Source of the DNA: an uncultured bacterium | GTDB lineage: Bacteria; Chloroflexota; UBA5177; JANWHV01 | Assembly (NCBI GenBank): GCA_963827235.1 | Contig: CAWHAE010000012.1 | Location: 608,001 to 672,000, forward strand | Direction of reading: 5' to 3' | Length of the DNA stretch: 64,000 bases | Part shown: positions 20,455 through 30,000 of the stretch, piece by piece | Layout: each line of letters begins with the position of its first letter | Position numbering within the stretch: the first letter of the stretch is position 1 | Program-made: the position numbers and the translations under genes | Notes under the pieces: generated by a model | Databases searched by the model: none | Told to the model about the DNA's origin: nothing | What the model saw: only the letters and a program-made list of their open reading frames with translations

Positions 20455-21354
20455 ATGAGCGACCAAGTTGCCTCAGCCACGATTTCACCCCAAGACATAA
20501 CCGCTCGCGTGCGAGAGCGCTATGCGGGCGCCGCGCTGCGTGTCACGGCCGGCGCAGGTGGCTGCTGCGCCGCCGCCGCGGACGGGAGCGCCGTGGTGCG
20601 CGATCTCTATGGCCAGAGCGAGACGGATGGACTGCCCGAGGAGGCAGTGATCGCTTCGCTCGGGTGCGGCAATCCCACGGCGCTGATCGACCTCAAGGAA
20701 GGCCAGACTGTGCTGGACCTCGGGTCCGGCGGCGGGATCGACGTGCTGCTCAGCGCGCGGCGCGTGGGCCCGACCGGCTTCGTGTTCGGGTTGGACATGA
20801 CGGACGAGATGCTGGCCCTGGCGCAGGCCAACAAGGAGAAAGCCGGCGCCAGGAATGTAGCCTTCCTCAAGGGTCAGATCGAGAGCGTCCCGCTGCCTGC
20901 CCATTCAGTTGACGTGGTGATCAGCAACTGCGTGATCAATCTCTCGCCCGACAAGGGCCAGGTTCTGCGCGAAGCCTATCGCGTGCTCAAGCCGGGCGGC
21001 CGCTTCGCCGTCTCCGACGTCGTTGCCGAAGGGCCGGTGCCCGCGGCGCTGCGTCGCGACATGGAAGCCTGGGTGGGCTGCCTGGCAGGCGCTCTTGAAG
21101 CCGACACCTACGTCGAGCTGCTCGCGGCGGCAGGTTTCGAGAGTGTGGAGATCGAGATCACGCGCCGGTTCACGGCTGCCGACTCCGGCTTGGACGTGAC
21201 TAGCCTGCCGGAGGGCTGGGAGGCGGCGGACGGAAAGCTGGCCAGCGCCTTCGTGCGCGCCACCAAGTCGCTGTCGGCGACGCTTCCCGTGGGCACGGTA
21301 GCCGCGCCGTCCGCGACTGGGTGCTGCGGCGGCGCTAGCGGCGGCCAGGGCTGA
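20455..21354 (+). CDS. arsM: Arsenite S-adenosylmethionine methyltransferase
   Basis: GCC, SLGCGNP, VLDLGSGGGID, ISNCVINL, WVGCLAGAL; directly downstream of arsR. Confidence 0.93.
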   Translation: MSDQVASATISPQDITARVRERYAGAALRVTAGAGGCCAAAADGSAVVRDLYGQSETDGLPEEAVIASLGCGNPTALIDLKEGQTVLDLGSGGGIDVLLSARRVGPTGFVFGLDMTDEMLALAQANKEKAGARNVAFLKGQIESVPLPAHSVDVVISNCVINLSPDKGQVLREAYRVLKPGGRFAVSDVVAEGPVPAALRRDMEAWVGCLAGALEADTYVELLAAAGFESVEIEITRRFTAADSGLDVTSLPEGWEAADGKLASAFVRATKSLSATLPVGTVAAPSATGCCGGASGGQG

Positions 21355-21795
21355 CCATGCCGGCGAACCGGAAGGCGCCCGCGCGCGGCAGGCGGGCACG
21401 CTGGCATTCGCCTCATGCCCCGCCATGGCTGCTTCGCGTATGGCCGCATTGTCCCACCAAAGCGCGCCGGAGAGATTGGAGGGCACGCACGATTGCCGAC
21501 ATCAGGAAGCCGCAGCCGCATTCAGTCACCGGTGACGGCCTGCTTCTGTCTATCGCCGTGGTGGGGACCTTCTGCAAGCACACGGTCAGTACGCACCAAG
21601 TAAGGCCACCTTTGCTCATTGCCAGCACGGTGCTCTGAAAGAGCTGCTAGTGCGCCTTGGCGAAGGCGATCGGTCTGCATCGACCCGTGCCCCTAAGCGG
21701 CGGCAGCTGGCTTATACTCGACATGTGCGCGGCGGTTTGTTCTACCGCAGAATCCACAGGAATAAGCAGCGTCGAGAGCAATGAGAGAAGAAGTA

Positions 21796-22893
21796 ATGCA
21801 CAGGACGTTGGGTATCGGTATATGCGGCGGTGGCGGCATCGCCCGCCAGCACATAAAGGGTTACCGGCAAGTCGACAACGTGCGGCTGGTGTGTATCGCG
21901 GATCCGGACGTCGATCGTGCCAGCCAGCTGGCCAAGGAGTTTGCCATCCCGCGCGTGGTCGAAGACGCTCGGGAGATGTTCGCGATGCCCGAGGTTGATG
22001 CCGTAAGTGTCTGCACGCCGAATCTTTACCACTGCTCTCTGTCTGTCGATGCGTGCAACGCGGGCAAGCACGTGCTCTGCGAGAAGCCGCTGGCCGCAAA
22101 TGCCCACGACGCCCAGGCAATCGTCGATGCGGCACAGGCCAACAAGAAGGTCTTGATGGTTGCCCTGAACAATCGGTTCGCTGCCAACTCCCGGGCTCTC
22201 AAAGCGGTCGTGGACGAAGGCGCGCTCGGCCATATCCATTACGGCAAGGCGTGGTGGCTGCGGCGCCATGGCATTCCAGGCGCCGGCGGTTGGTTCACGA
22301 CCAAGCGGATCTCGGGCGGCGGCCCGTTGATCGACATTGGCGTGCACGTGATCGATCTCGCGCTCTTCATGATGGGTTATCCGGAGCCAGTCGCAGTGAC
22401 GGGGTCGACCTACGATGTTTTTGGATCGCGCGGTCTGGGGGCCAGCCCGGTACTGAAGGCGTCCGAGCGGCAGCGCACCGGCGTGTTCGATGTCGAGGAT
22501 CTGGCAGTGGGCATGGTGAAGCTGGCCGACGGGGCCACACTGGTGGTGGAAGCGAGCTGGGCCGGACATCAGGAGCGAGAGGACGACATTGGTATCCAGC
22601 TTTTCGGCCGCGACGGCGGCGCACGGATGTGGATGCCCGACTACGAGACCGGCGAGTCGGTTCACGTCTACACCGAGGCCAAGGGCGAGATTGCGGACTT
22701 CGCGCCGTGCTATACGGTGACTGACGCGTACGCGACTGAGATACAGCATTTCGTGGACTGCATTCGCATGGGTTGGCAGCCTCGGTCGCCCGGCGAGCAT
22801 GGCGTGACGCTGCTGCGCATCATCGACGCGCTCTACGAGTCGGCGGCAACCGGACACGAGGTACGACTGGACGAGCCGGCACCCTCGCGCTGA
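21796..22893 (+). CDS. Gfo/Idh/MocA family oxidoreductase
   Basis: GICGGGGIA, GKHVLCEKPLA, WFT.K..SGGGPLIDIGVH.ID, FDVED. Confidence 0.92.
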   Translation: MHRTLGIGICGGGGIARQHIKGYRQVDNVRLVCIADPDVDRASQLAKEFAIPRVVEDAREMFAMPEVDAVSVCTPNLYHCSLSVDACNAGKHVLCEKPLAANAHDAQAIVDAAQANKKVLMVALNNRFAANSRALKAVVDEGALGHIHYGKAWWLRRHGIPGAGGWFTTKRISGGGPLIDIGVHVIDLALFMMGYPEPVAVTGSTYDVFGSRGLGASPVLKASERQRTGVFDVEDLAVGMVKLADGATLVVEASWAGHQEREDDIGIQLFGRDGGARMWMPDYETGESVHVYTEAKGEIADFAPCYTVTDAYATEIQHFVDCIRMGWQPRSPGEHGVTLLRIIDALYESAATGHEVRLDEPAPSR

Positions 22894-23022
22894 AGCATTG
22901 GCGGTATACGACCGGCAGGTCGTGTGCTCTGCTCCGCGGTGCTCGATGCGGTCAGGAGAGCTGCAGCCAGGCGGGACGTTGGGACATACACAGGCGGTGC
23001 TCGGCGACTTGAGTGCCGGGCA

Positions 23023-23721
23023 CTAACGGCCATGGGCGTAACCAGGGCAGCGTCGCTGTCTCTCTATATCGAATACTATCGGCATGCGATGCACATACAG
23101 CCCGTCCTTAGCAGTGACGTAGATAAATCTGCCGACGTTCTCCCTGGATACGCTAAGCTTTGCCGGTTTGTCCCCACATGAAATGCCGTAGCCTGAATTC
23201 CTGTCCTTGCGGTTTGGGTTGATGAACCGAACGACTGTCCAGTCGAGCGAAGAGTGCGTGATCACCGTTTCCAGCTTCCTCATTTCCCGATAGCCGGTTG
23301 GGTAGAGGATTCTGGCCAGGAGGCCGGGAACTACCGTGCTCACGCTCGGCCTATCCTGTGTTGAGCGCAGCGTTGGCGTCCCGATGACGATGAGCCGCTT
23401 CGCGTCCAGACGCTCCATGATGTGCACGATGCGTTGCGTACCGTCCGCGATAGGCGTTCCCGCAACTCTTCTTGACATGCTGAGCGGAGGCCCCATCGTG
23501 CTGATCACGGCATCAGCGCCGGTGATTGCCGTCTCCAGAAGATCCATATCAGTCAGTTCGCCCTGTACCGCACGTACGTGAGTCTCAGAAGGCTTCACCG
23601 CGGTCCGCGAACGCGCATACGCCGTCACGTCGTGGCCGTCCGCCGCGGCCAATTCCGTTACTATTCTGCCGATAGCACCCGACGCGCCGAATAGCGTGAT
23701 CTTCGTGGTCGTTCTCCTCAA
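23023..23721 (-). CDS. NAD(P)H-binding protein (flavin reductase/BVR-B-like)
   Basis: LFGASGAIG, DAVIS..GP, SSLDWTVVR, SRENV; visibly lower GC than its neighbours. Confidence 0.85.
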   Translation of the reverse strand: MRRTTTKITLFGASGAIGRIVTELAAADGHDVTAYARSRTAVKPSETHVRAVQGELTDMDLLETAITGADAVISTMGPPLSMSRRVAGTPIADGTQRIVHIMERLDAKRLIVIGTPTLRSTQDRPSVSTVVPGLLARILYPTGYREMRKLETVITHSSLDWTVVRFINPNRKDRNSGYGISCGDKPAKLSVSRENVGRFIYVTAKDGLYVHRMPIVFDIERQRRCPGYAHGR

Positions 23722-23819
23722 CTTGTCTTCAGCCTGGTGGGCCGCGCCTTTGCCTTCGCACGTACGCAGGAAGTGCTGTCACTCTCGGCAGCACAGCCGC
23801 CCGGCTGGGACACCCAATT

Positions 23820-24377
23820 CTATTGCTTCGTGAACTGTGCGTGGACGACGAGCACCGAGGTGGGTGCGGCCATGCCCAGCGGGCTCCAGGTCATGCCGAA
23901 CGCGGTGCGGTCGACACTTACCTCGGCGTCAACCGTCACCGACTTGCCGGAAGCCTCGCTCAGACGGGCTTCAAAGGTGATGGACTGGCTGTGACCCGCT
24001 ATGCTGAGCTCCCCCTGCACGTCGAGGCGATCGGTACCCTGGCCGGTCACCTGTTTGCTGGTGAACGTGACCGTTGGGTGGTTGGCGACGTCGAAGAAGT
24101 CCTTGGAGCGAAGATGCTTGTCTCGCTGCCCTTGCTTGGTGTCCAGCGAGGCGGCGTCGAGGCTCAATGTCGCCGCGATGGCACCGTCGGCACCTACCTC
24201 TGCGGTTCCTTCGGCCCGCGTGATCTGCCCCCGGACGGTCATCAGCCCCCAGAAATGCCTCACGCGAAACTCGAAGCGCGACCGGCCGGCCTCCAGCGCC
24301 CACACGCCGGCCGCAAGGCCGGCCGGTCCCGACGGCGATGCTGCAGCTGTCGACTTCTTCTCGACTGTGTTCTCCAT
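23820..24377 (-). CDS. YceI family protein
   Basis: FRVRHFWG..TVRG, SLDTK...RDKHLRS.DFFDV..HP..TF.S, DRTAFG. Confidence 0.9.
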   Translation of the reverse strand: MENTVEKKSTAAASPSGPAGLAAGVWALEAGRSRFEFRVRHFWGLMTVRGQITRAEGTAEVGADGAIAATLSLDAASLDTKQGQRDKHLRSKDFFDVANHPTVTFTSKQVTGQGTDRLDVQGELSIAGHSQSITFEARLSEASGKSVTVDAEVSVDRTAFGMTWSPLGMAAPTSVLVVHAQFTKQ

Positions 24378-24477
24378 CTCGCATCCTCTTTCTCCCCAGC
24401 CGGGGATTAGCACCACGAGCAACTTCCGCTTCGTCACCTGCCTGCTACGCCGGAACAGGTGACTGCTGAGCTTCGAC

Positions 24478-25512
24478 TCAGGCCGTCTCGCGGGGCACCA
24501 CGGGAGCAACCTCGGTCGCCAGCAGCTCGATGGATTCGGCCACCTTGTCGAAGGGCATGCCGCCGATATCGATCTGCCCAATGAAGCGTTGGTGGCCGAA
24601 CAGCTCATGTTGGTACAGCAGCTTTTCGATGACCTGTTGCGGGCTTCCCACGATCAGCGCATTCTCTTTCCTCGCCTCCCACTCATAGTCCGCGCGACTG
24701 AACGACATGTGCCGTGTCCGCTCGCCACCCAGCGCCCTGAAATAGTTGGTGCGATAGGGATAGAGCGTATCCAGTGCCTCCTGTGACGACCTGGCCACGT
24801 GGATGTAGCTGGTTACTGCCACCTTGAGGTCCGCGGGCTCCTTCCCCGTTCCGGCTCCGGCGCGACGGTAGAGGTCGACCAGCGGTACAAAGCTCGCGGA
24901 CGCGCCGCCGATGATGCCCAGATTCATGGGAAGACCCATACTGCCCGCACGGATCGCGCTCCGCGGCGTGCCGCCCACGGCAATCCATATAGGCAGTCGC
25001 GACTGAAGTGGACGCGGCGCGATCGGCGCCTCGTCGAGTGCCGGGCGAAACCGACCCTGCCACGTAATGCGGTCCGTCGCGTTCAACCGGTTCAGCAATT
25101 CGATCTTCTCGGCGAACAGGGCGTCGTAGTCCTGCAGCTCGTAGCCGAAGAGCGGGAAGGATTCGACGAAGGCCCCGCGGCCGGCGATGATCTCCGCCCG
25201 CCCCCCGGAGAGCAGGTCCAGGGTAGCGAATTCCTCGAACACACGCACCGGATCGGCCGTGCTCAGCACGGTGGCCGTGCTGGTCAGGCGAATTCGTTTC
25301 GTAGCCTCCGCCACGGCAGCCAGTACGACGGCCGGCGCGGAGGCGGCGAAGTCGAGGCGATGGTGCTCGCCGAAGCCGAAGACGTCCAGGCCGGCTTCAT
25401 CGGCCAGTGCGGCCATCCGCAGCACATTCTTGAGGCGATCGTGCGCGCTGAGGGTCTGCCCTGACTGCGGATCGGGTACCAGCTCGCCGAAGCTGTGGAT
25501 GCCTAGCTCCAT
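24478..25512 (-). CDS. LLM class flavin-dependent oxidoreductase (luciferase-like)
   Basis: GLDVFGFGEHHR, LSTADPVRVFEEFATLD, GRGAFVESFPLFG, IWIAVGGTP.S. Confidence 0.92.
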   Translation of the reverse strand: MELGIHSFGELVPDPQSGQTLSAHDRLKNVLRMAALADEAGLDVFGFGEHHRLDFAASAPAVVLAAVAEATKRIRLTSTATVLSTADPVRVFEEFATLDLLSGGRAEIIAGRGAFVESFPLFGYELQDYDALFAEKIELLNRLNATDRITWQGRFRPALDEAPIAPRPLQSRLPIWIAVGGTPRSAIRAGSMGLPMNLGIIGGASASFVPLVDLYRRAGAGTGKEPADLKVAVTSYIHVARSSQEALDTLYPYRTNYFRALGGERTRHMSFSRADYEWEARKENALIVGSPQQVIEKLLYQHELFGHQRFIGQIDIGGMPFDKVAESIELLATEVAPVVPRETA

Positions 25513-25604
25513 GGTGTGCGCTCTCCTCTCACCCGGACGCGGGCGAAGCAAGTGTGCCGGCCGCGTCCAGGTGCCGCAGACCGCGAGATGCACATCCGGG
25601 CCCC

Positions 25605-26192
25605 CTAGGGCTGCTGAGCGCGAGCTCGCTGCAGAGCGTGCGCCCACCATGCCAGGTCCTCCGCGAGCAGATCCGCACGCTGCTCAAGCGGTGCGAAGAT
25701 AGCCGGATCCACGGGCGCAGGCGCGGCCATCGCCGGCCGCATCACGTCGGGCAGGATATGCACCGCATGGCGCAGCGGCGCCATTTCCAGCTCGACCGCC
25801 ACCTGCCGCAGCTGTTCGATCGCACGGGCACCACCGACGCCTCCGTAGCCGACGAAGGCTACCGGCTTGTGCTGCCACTCCACGAAGCCGTAGTCGAGGG
25901 CATTCTTCAGGGCCGCAGGGTAGCCATGATTGTACTCAGCCGTGACGATCACGAAGCCGTCTGCTTGGTCGATCGTCTTTGCCCAGCGGGCCACTTCCGG
26001 CGTGCGGTACTCCCTCAAAGTGTAGGCAGGTGGCCGGGACTCCTCGTAGAACGGCAGGGGGAAGTCGCGCAGATCGACCACCGTGACGCCGAGATCGGCG
26101 CGCCTGGCAAGGCGATCGGCAATCCATCTGGCGGGCTTCTCACCGAAACGGTCCGGACGCGTGCTGCCGATGATCACTGTGATGCGGACCAT
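25605..26192 (-). CDS. NADPH-dependent FMN reductase
   Basis: IIGSTRPDRFG, VTAEYNHGYPAALKNALD, EW..KP..FVGYG..GGARA.EQLR. Confidence 0.92.
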   Translation of the reverse strand: MVRITVIIGSTRPDRFGEKPARWIADRLARRADLGVTVVDLRDFPLPFYEESRPPAYTLREYRTPEVARWAKTIDQADGFVIVTAEYNHGYPAALKNALDYGFVEWQHKPVAFVGYGGVGGARAIEQLRQVAVELEMAPLRHAVHILPDVMRPAMAAPAPVDPAIFAPLEQRADLLAEDLAWWAHALQRARAQQP

Positions 26193-27127
26193 TAGAAGCC
26201 TCCCGAGATAGCAAGCTTGCCCAGTGTCCCGGCGGCAAAGTCTGAGAGGGCTTGCGGAGCTTGCTCGAGCCGGTATGTGCGCGTGATCGGGCTCTTCAAT
26301 CGGCCGGCGGAGGCATCTGCCGCGAGTCGGTCGAGCAGGTCGGCGCCCGGCGTGGCCATGATGCTTGTGACGGTGACCGGCCGGCCGGTGAACCGGTCGG
26401 GTCCGGCTCCGAGCGTGGAAGCGAGACGCCCACCGGGGACGAGCAAGTCAGCGAGCTGCAGGGCGTCGCCCGCGAGGTGGATGACTGCATGCACGCCTTC
26501 CGGGTGTTCGAAGCGCAGAGCGCCGGACAGATCGGTGCTGTAGTCGACGGTCTGGTTGGCCCCGAATGCGCGCACGAACGCCACTTCGTCGGTCGACTGG
26601 GCCGTGGCAATCACCTTTGCCCCGCGCGCGGCAGCCAGCTGTACGGCGTAGGCGCCGACGCCGCCGGTCGCACCGGAGATGAGCACGGTCTCGCCGGCAG
26701 TCGGGGCGACCGCGTCGACCGCCATCTGAGCGGCAGTTCCCGCCAGGCCCAGCGCTCCTGCGAAGGCCAGGCCGAGTCCGGCCGGCACGCGAGTGATGCC
26801 AAATCCTTCGGGCACGCTGACGTACTCGCCAAAGGACCCGTCGCCCAGCACGGGCTTCATGACCACGCCGAACACGATATCCCCAATCGCGAAGCGGGTC
26901 ACCTCGGTGCCGACCGCCTCGACGGTGCCGGCGAAGTCTTTGCCGAGTACGACGGGGAAGCGGTGCTCCATCATCCCCTTGAGCATCCCGGCAGCCACCG
27001 CCAGATCGAACCCGTTGACCGAGGACGCCTGAATCCGGACCAGAACCTCACCGGGACCGGGCTCAGGAGCCGGCAGATCATGCAAAGCAGGCGAGACGCC
27101 GAAGTCCTCCATGGTAATAGCGCGCAT
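26192..27127 (-). CDS. NADP-dependent MDR/quinone oxidoreductase-like protein
   Basis: P.PGPGEVLVRI.ASSVN.FD, LGKDFAGTV, VLISGATGGVG. Confidence 0.9.
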   Translation of the reverse strand: MRAITMEDFGVSPALHDLPAPEPGPGEVLVRIQASSVNGFDLAVAAGMLKGMMEHRFPVVLGKDFAGTVEAVGTEVTRFAIGDIVFGVVMKPVLGDGSFGEYVSVPEGFGITRVPAGLGLAFAGALGLAGTAAQMAVDAVAPTAGETVLISGATGGVGAYAVQLAAARGAKVIATAQSTDEVAFVRAFGANQTVDYSTDLSGALRFEHPEGVHAVIHLAGDALQLADLLVPGGRLASTLGAGPDRFTGRPVTVTSIMATPGADLLDRLAADASAGRLKSPITRTYRLEQAPQALSDFAAGTLGKLAISGGF

Positions 27128-27259
27128 GCGATTGAGCCTCCCAAGTAATGCGTCGACAACCGGACTTCCCGGCCGCGACCAGCAAGTGGAGACTAGCTTC
27201 CACTTGATCCAAGCATACCACAGCAGCACCTAAGTGGAAAGCATTCTCCACTTCCGACC

Positions 27260-28819
27260 CTATCCGACTAGTGCCGGCATTTGCATTTCAGCGGCGGTCT
27301 CACCGGTCGCCTCCGCGTCGCGCTGGGCCGAGGTTCGGCGCCGTAGTCCCAGGCCAAGCACGGTGGCTACCAGCGCCACGAACGCTATCAGTGCGAACGT
27401 GTCGTCGAAGGCGTGAGAGAACATCGCTGCTATCGGCGCGGGCAGGGCGCTCTGCGAGGCTGCTGCGACGTGGCCCGCCTTTGCCGCCTGCATCTGCGCC
27501 TGTGCAATCAGGTGCACCGCACCGCTGTAGCTCGACCGCGTGGTGAGAAACGTGGTGAGCAGCGCTACAGCCAGCGCGCTGACCACGGCCACCAGAGCGT
27601 TATTGAGCGCGGCCACGCGGCCGACCAGCGCGCGAGGTGCGGCGTTGATCAACTGAGTGTTGAGGGGCATGATGCTCAAACCCACGCCCATGCCGTAGAT
27701 ACTGAACGGTAGGATCAGGTCGAATCCCGACGTTTGGATGCCTACCCTGGCAAGCAGGAAGCAGGCGATGATCAGCAAGATGCCGCCGCTCAGCATGAGC
27801 GGCCTGGCACCGATGCGATCGAAGAGTGTGCCGCCGAACGGCAGGACCAATGCCGCGCCGAGCGCCAGTGGAAGCAGCGAGAGCCCGGTGTCCAGCGCAC
27901 CGTAGCCCCGAACTGACTCCAGGAACTGGGGCACCATGAACAGGGCGCCGATCAGCGCAAACTGGAGTATCCACTGCGCGATGATGGCAAGATCGAAATC
28001 AATCGCCTGGAACACGTGCAGCTCCAGCAGCGGGTACTCGGTTCTCAGCTCTACAGTGACGAACGCCACAAGGGCCACGGCGCCTACTACGATGCCACCG
28101 ATTGTATTGGCAGAGGTCCAGCTCGTGGCACCTTCGCTCACGCCGTAGATCAGCGAAGAGAAGGCCAACGGTGCCAGGAGCGTGCCGGGCAGGTCGAGCA
28201 CAGGCGTCTGCTGGCGCTCCAGATCGGGCAGGTTGCGTAGGCCTTCAAGCACACCGAGAATGCCTATGGGCAGGTTCAGCAGGAAGATCCAGCGCCAACT
28301 GGCAGAGTCCACGAGCCAGGCGGCCACCACCGGCCCCAGGGCGGGGGCGAACAGGATCGGGATGCCCAGGATAGACATGACCAGACCGGCTTTCTCGGGC
28401 GGCGCCAGGCCGTAGGCGAAGGCCATGGCCACGGGCAGTACGAAGCCGCCGCCCAGGCCCTGCAACACGCGGAAGGCGATCAGCACATTGCTATCGTGAG
28501 CGGTCGCGCAGAGTACCGACCCGAGAGTAAAGATCACGACTGAGGTCAGGAAGACCCGCTTGGCGCCGAAGCGGTCGGAAAGCCAGCCGGCCAGCGGGAT
28601 CACCGCCGCCTGGGCCAGGGTGTAGCCGGTAATCGTCCACTGCAGAGTTGACAACGTGCTGTTGAAGTCGGTCGCCAGTCGCGGGATCGCGACGTTCACC
28701 GCCGTGCCATCCAGTACCACCATGAATGCGCCCACTATGATGGCCACCATCGGCGCCATGATACTACGCAGGGAGAAGGGTGCTACCGTCGAGGGAGCCG
28801 TCCCATTTGAAGAAACCAT
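27260..28819 (-). CDS. DHA2 (EmrB/QacA) MFS efflux transporter
   Basis: Intact DHA2 motifs; paralog of the 15238-16815 gene. Confidence 0.92.
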   Translation of the reverse strand: MVSSNGTAPSTVAPFSLRSIMAPMVAIIVGAFMVVLDGTAVNVAIPRLATDFNSTLSTLQWTITGYTLAQAAVIPLAGWLSDRFGAKRVFLTSVVIFTLGSVLCATAHDSNVLIAFRVLQGLGGGFVLPVAMAFAYGLAPPEKAGLVMSILGIPILFAPALGPVVAAWLVDSASWRWIFLLNLPIGILGVLEGLRNLPDLERQQTPVLDLPGTLLAPLAFSSLIYGVSEGATSWTSANTIGGIVVGAVALVAFVTVELRTEYPLLELHVFQAIDFDLAIIAQWILQFALIGALFMVPQFLESVRGYGALDTGLSLLPLALGAALVLPFGGTLFDRIGARPLMLSGGILLIIACFLLARVGIQTSGFDLILPFSIYGMGVGLSIMPLNTQLINAAPRALVGRVAALNNALVAVVSALAVALLTTFLTTRSSYSGAVHLIAQAQMQAAKAGHVAAASQSALPAPIAAMFSHAFDDTFALIAFVALVATVLGLGLRRRTSAQRDAEATGETAAEMQMPALVG

Positions 28820-28898
28820 AGATGTCTGCCCTTTCTCTGACAGAAGCCTGCAGACTATGAGCCTGTTCGTTGTCACCGACCTTTGGTGGTTCGCGTTA

Positions 28899-28918
28899 GA
28901 TACCAACCGGATAGTATG
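28899..28918. promoter_or_regulatory. Putative TetR operator upstream of the MFS gene
   Basis: GATACCAACCGGATAGTATG resembles the site at 29624-29643. Confidence 0.6.
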
Positions 28919-28963
28919 TCGGGATGAGAAATAGTCGGCGCGCATGACGAGTCGCACAAAGAG

Positions 28964-29605
28964 TTAGGTTGAGCGCAGCAGAACGCCGTTGAACAACAGG
29001 TCGGCCACGATATCCTCGACGTCGCCGGTGGCAGCCACCGTCCGGAAGGGGATGGCGAGGAAACAAAATGCCAGGCCGAGCAGCGCGGCCGCCGCATCCG
29101 GCGGCGTGACGCCCGGTCGTAGCGCTCCTTCATGCGCGGCCTGCTCGAACAAGGCGGTCAGCGGACCGAAAATGTGGCGGTGGCCCGCCTCATTCACGCG
29201 CTCCCGGGCTTCCGGTCCCAGATACTCCTCGTTATCGGCCAAAGAACGAGCAAAGTTGCGCGGCAACAGATCCCGCATCGTCGTGACCAGGGCAGTCACG
29301 CGGGCCCCCACGTCGCCCGGCGTAGCCGCTGCCTCAGCCAGGACGCGTCCGGTTTGTTCCAGACGTTCAAGAACCACCGTGAGATAGAGCGCTTCCTTAT
29401 CGGCAAAGTAGTAGTAGAGGCTGCCCTTTGTCAGCGGGCGCACTCGCGAGATCGCCTCGATCAGTGTGTTCATCGACACTGCCGCGTAGCCGTGCCGCGT
29501 AAAGAGCGCTTCCGCCACGTGCAGTATAAGCCGGCGCGTGTCCTCGACCGGCACTGCGTCGCGCTGGTCCACGCCGCTCTCAAGCCCTTCGTGTTCTCTG
29601 ACCAT
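28964..29605 (-). CDS. TetR/AcrR family regulator
   Basis: TRRLILHVAEALF..HGYAAVSM, LTKGSLYYYFADKEALY. Confidence 0.92.
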   Translation of the reverse strand: MVREHEGLESGVDQRDAVPVEDTRRLILHVAEALFTRHGYAAVSMNTLIEAISRVRPLTKGSLYYYFADKEALYLTVVLERLEQTGRVLAEAAATPGDVGARVTALVTTMRDLLPRNFARSLADNEEYLGPEARERVNEAGHRHIFGPLTALFEQAAHEGALRPGVTPPDAAAALLGLAFCFLAIPFRTVAATGDVEDIVADLLFNGVLLRST

Positions 29606-29623
29606 TCTCGTCTCCCGTCGTCA

Positions 29624-29643
29624 CATACCTACCGGTCAGTATG
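29624..29643. promoter_or_regulatory. Putative TetR autoregulatory operator
   Basis: Palindrome CATAC-CT-ACCGGT-CA-GTATG just upstream of tetR. Confidence 0.7.
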
Positions 29644-30000
29644 TCCACAATAGCTGGTCGATACCATGCCGTCAAGCAGGAGCTTTGGCAAGGCGGTGCC
29701 AGTACCGACTGGTCGACCGGTGGAAGACTTCGTTCGACAAGCACGCGACAGCAGCCGTCTCCCGGTCCTGCCTGGCGATTGCCCGGAGGATGTGCCTCTA
29801 TCAGAACCGGTCACGGTAGCAACCAAGTTGCACGTGTCTAGCGGCGGCTGAGGTCCGCGAGATGGGCGCAATGAGCGCGATCCGTGGGCCCACGCGGGAG
29901 GCTATGGATCGTCGATACGGCTCGATGGGCGTGCTCGCGCACCGCTCGACTGAGCACCCCGGGGTGAGAAGAAGCCGGGCACGGCGTCTTGGGCGGCGGT

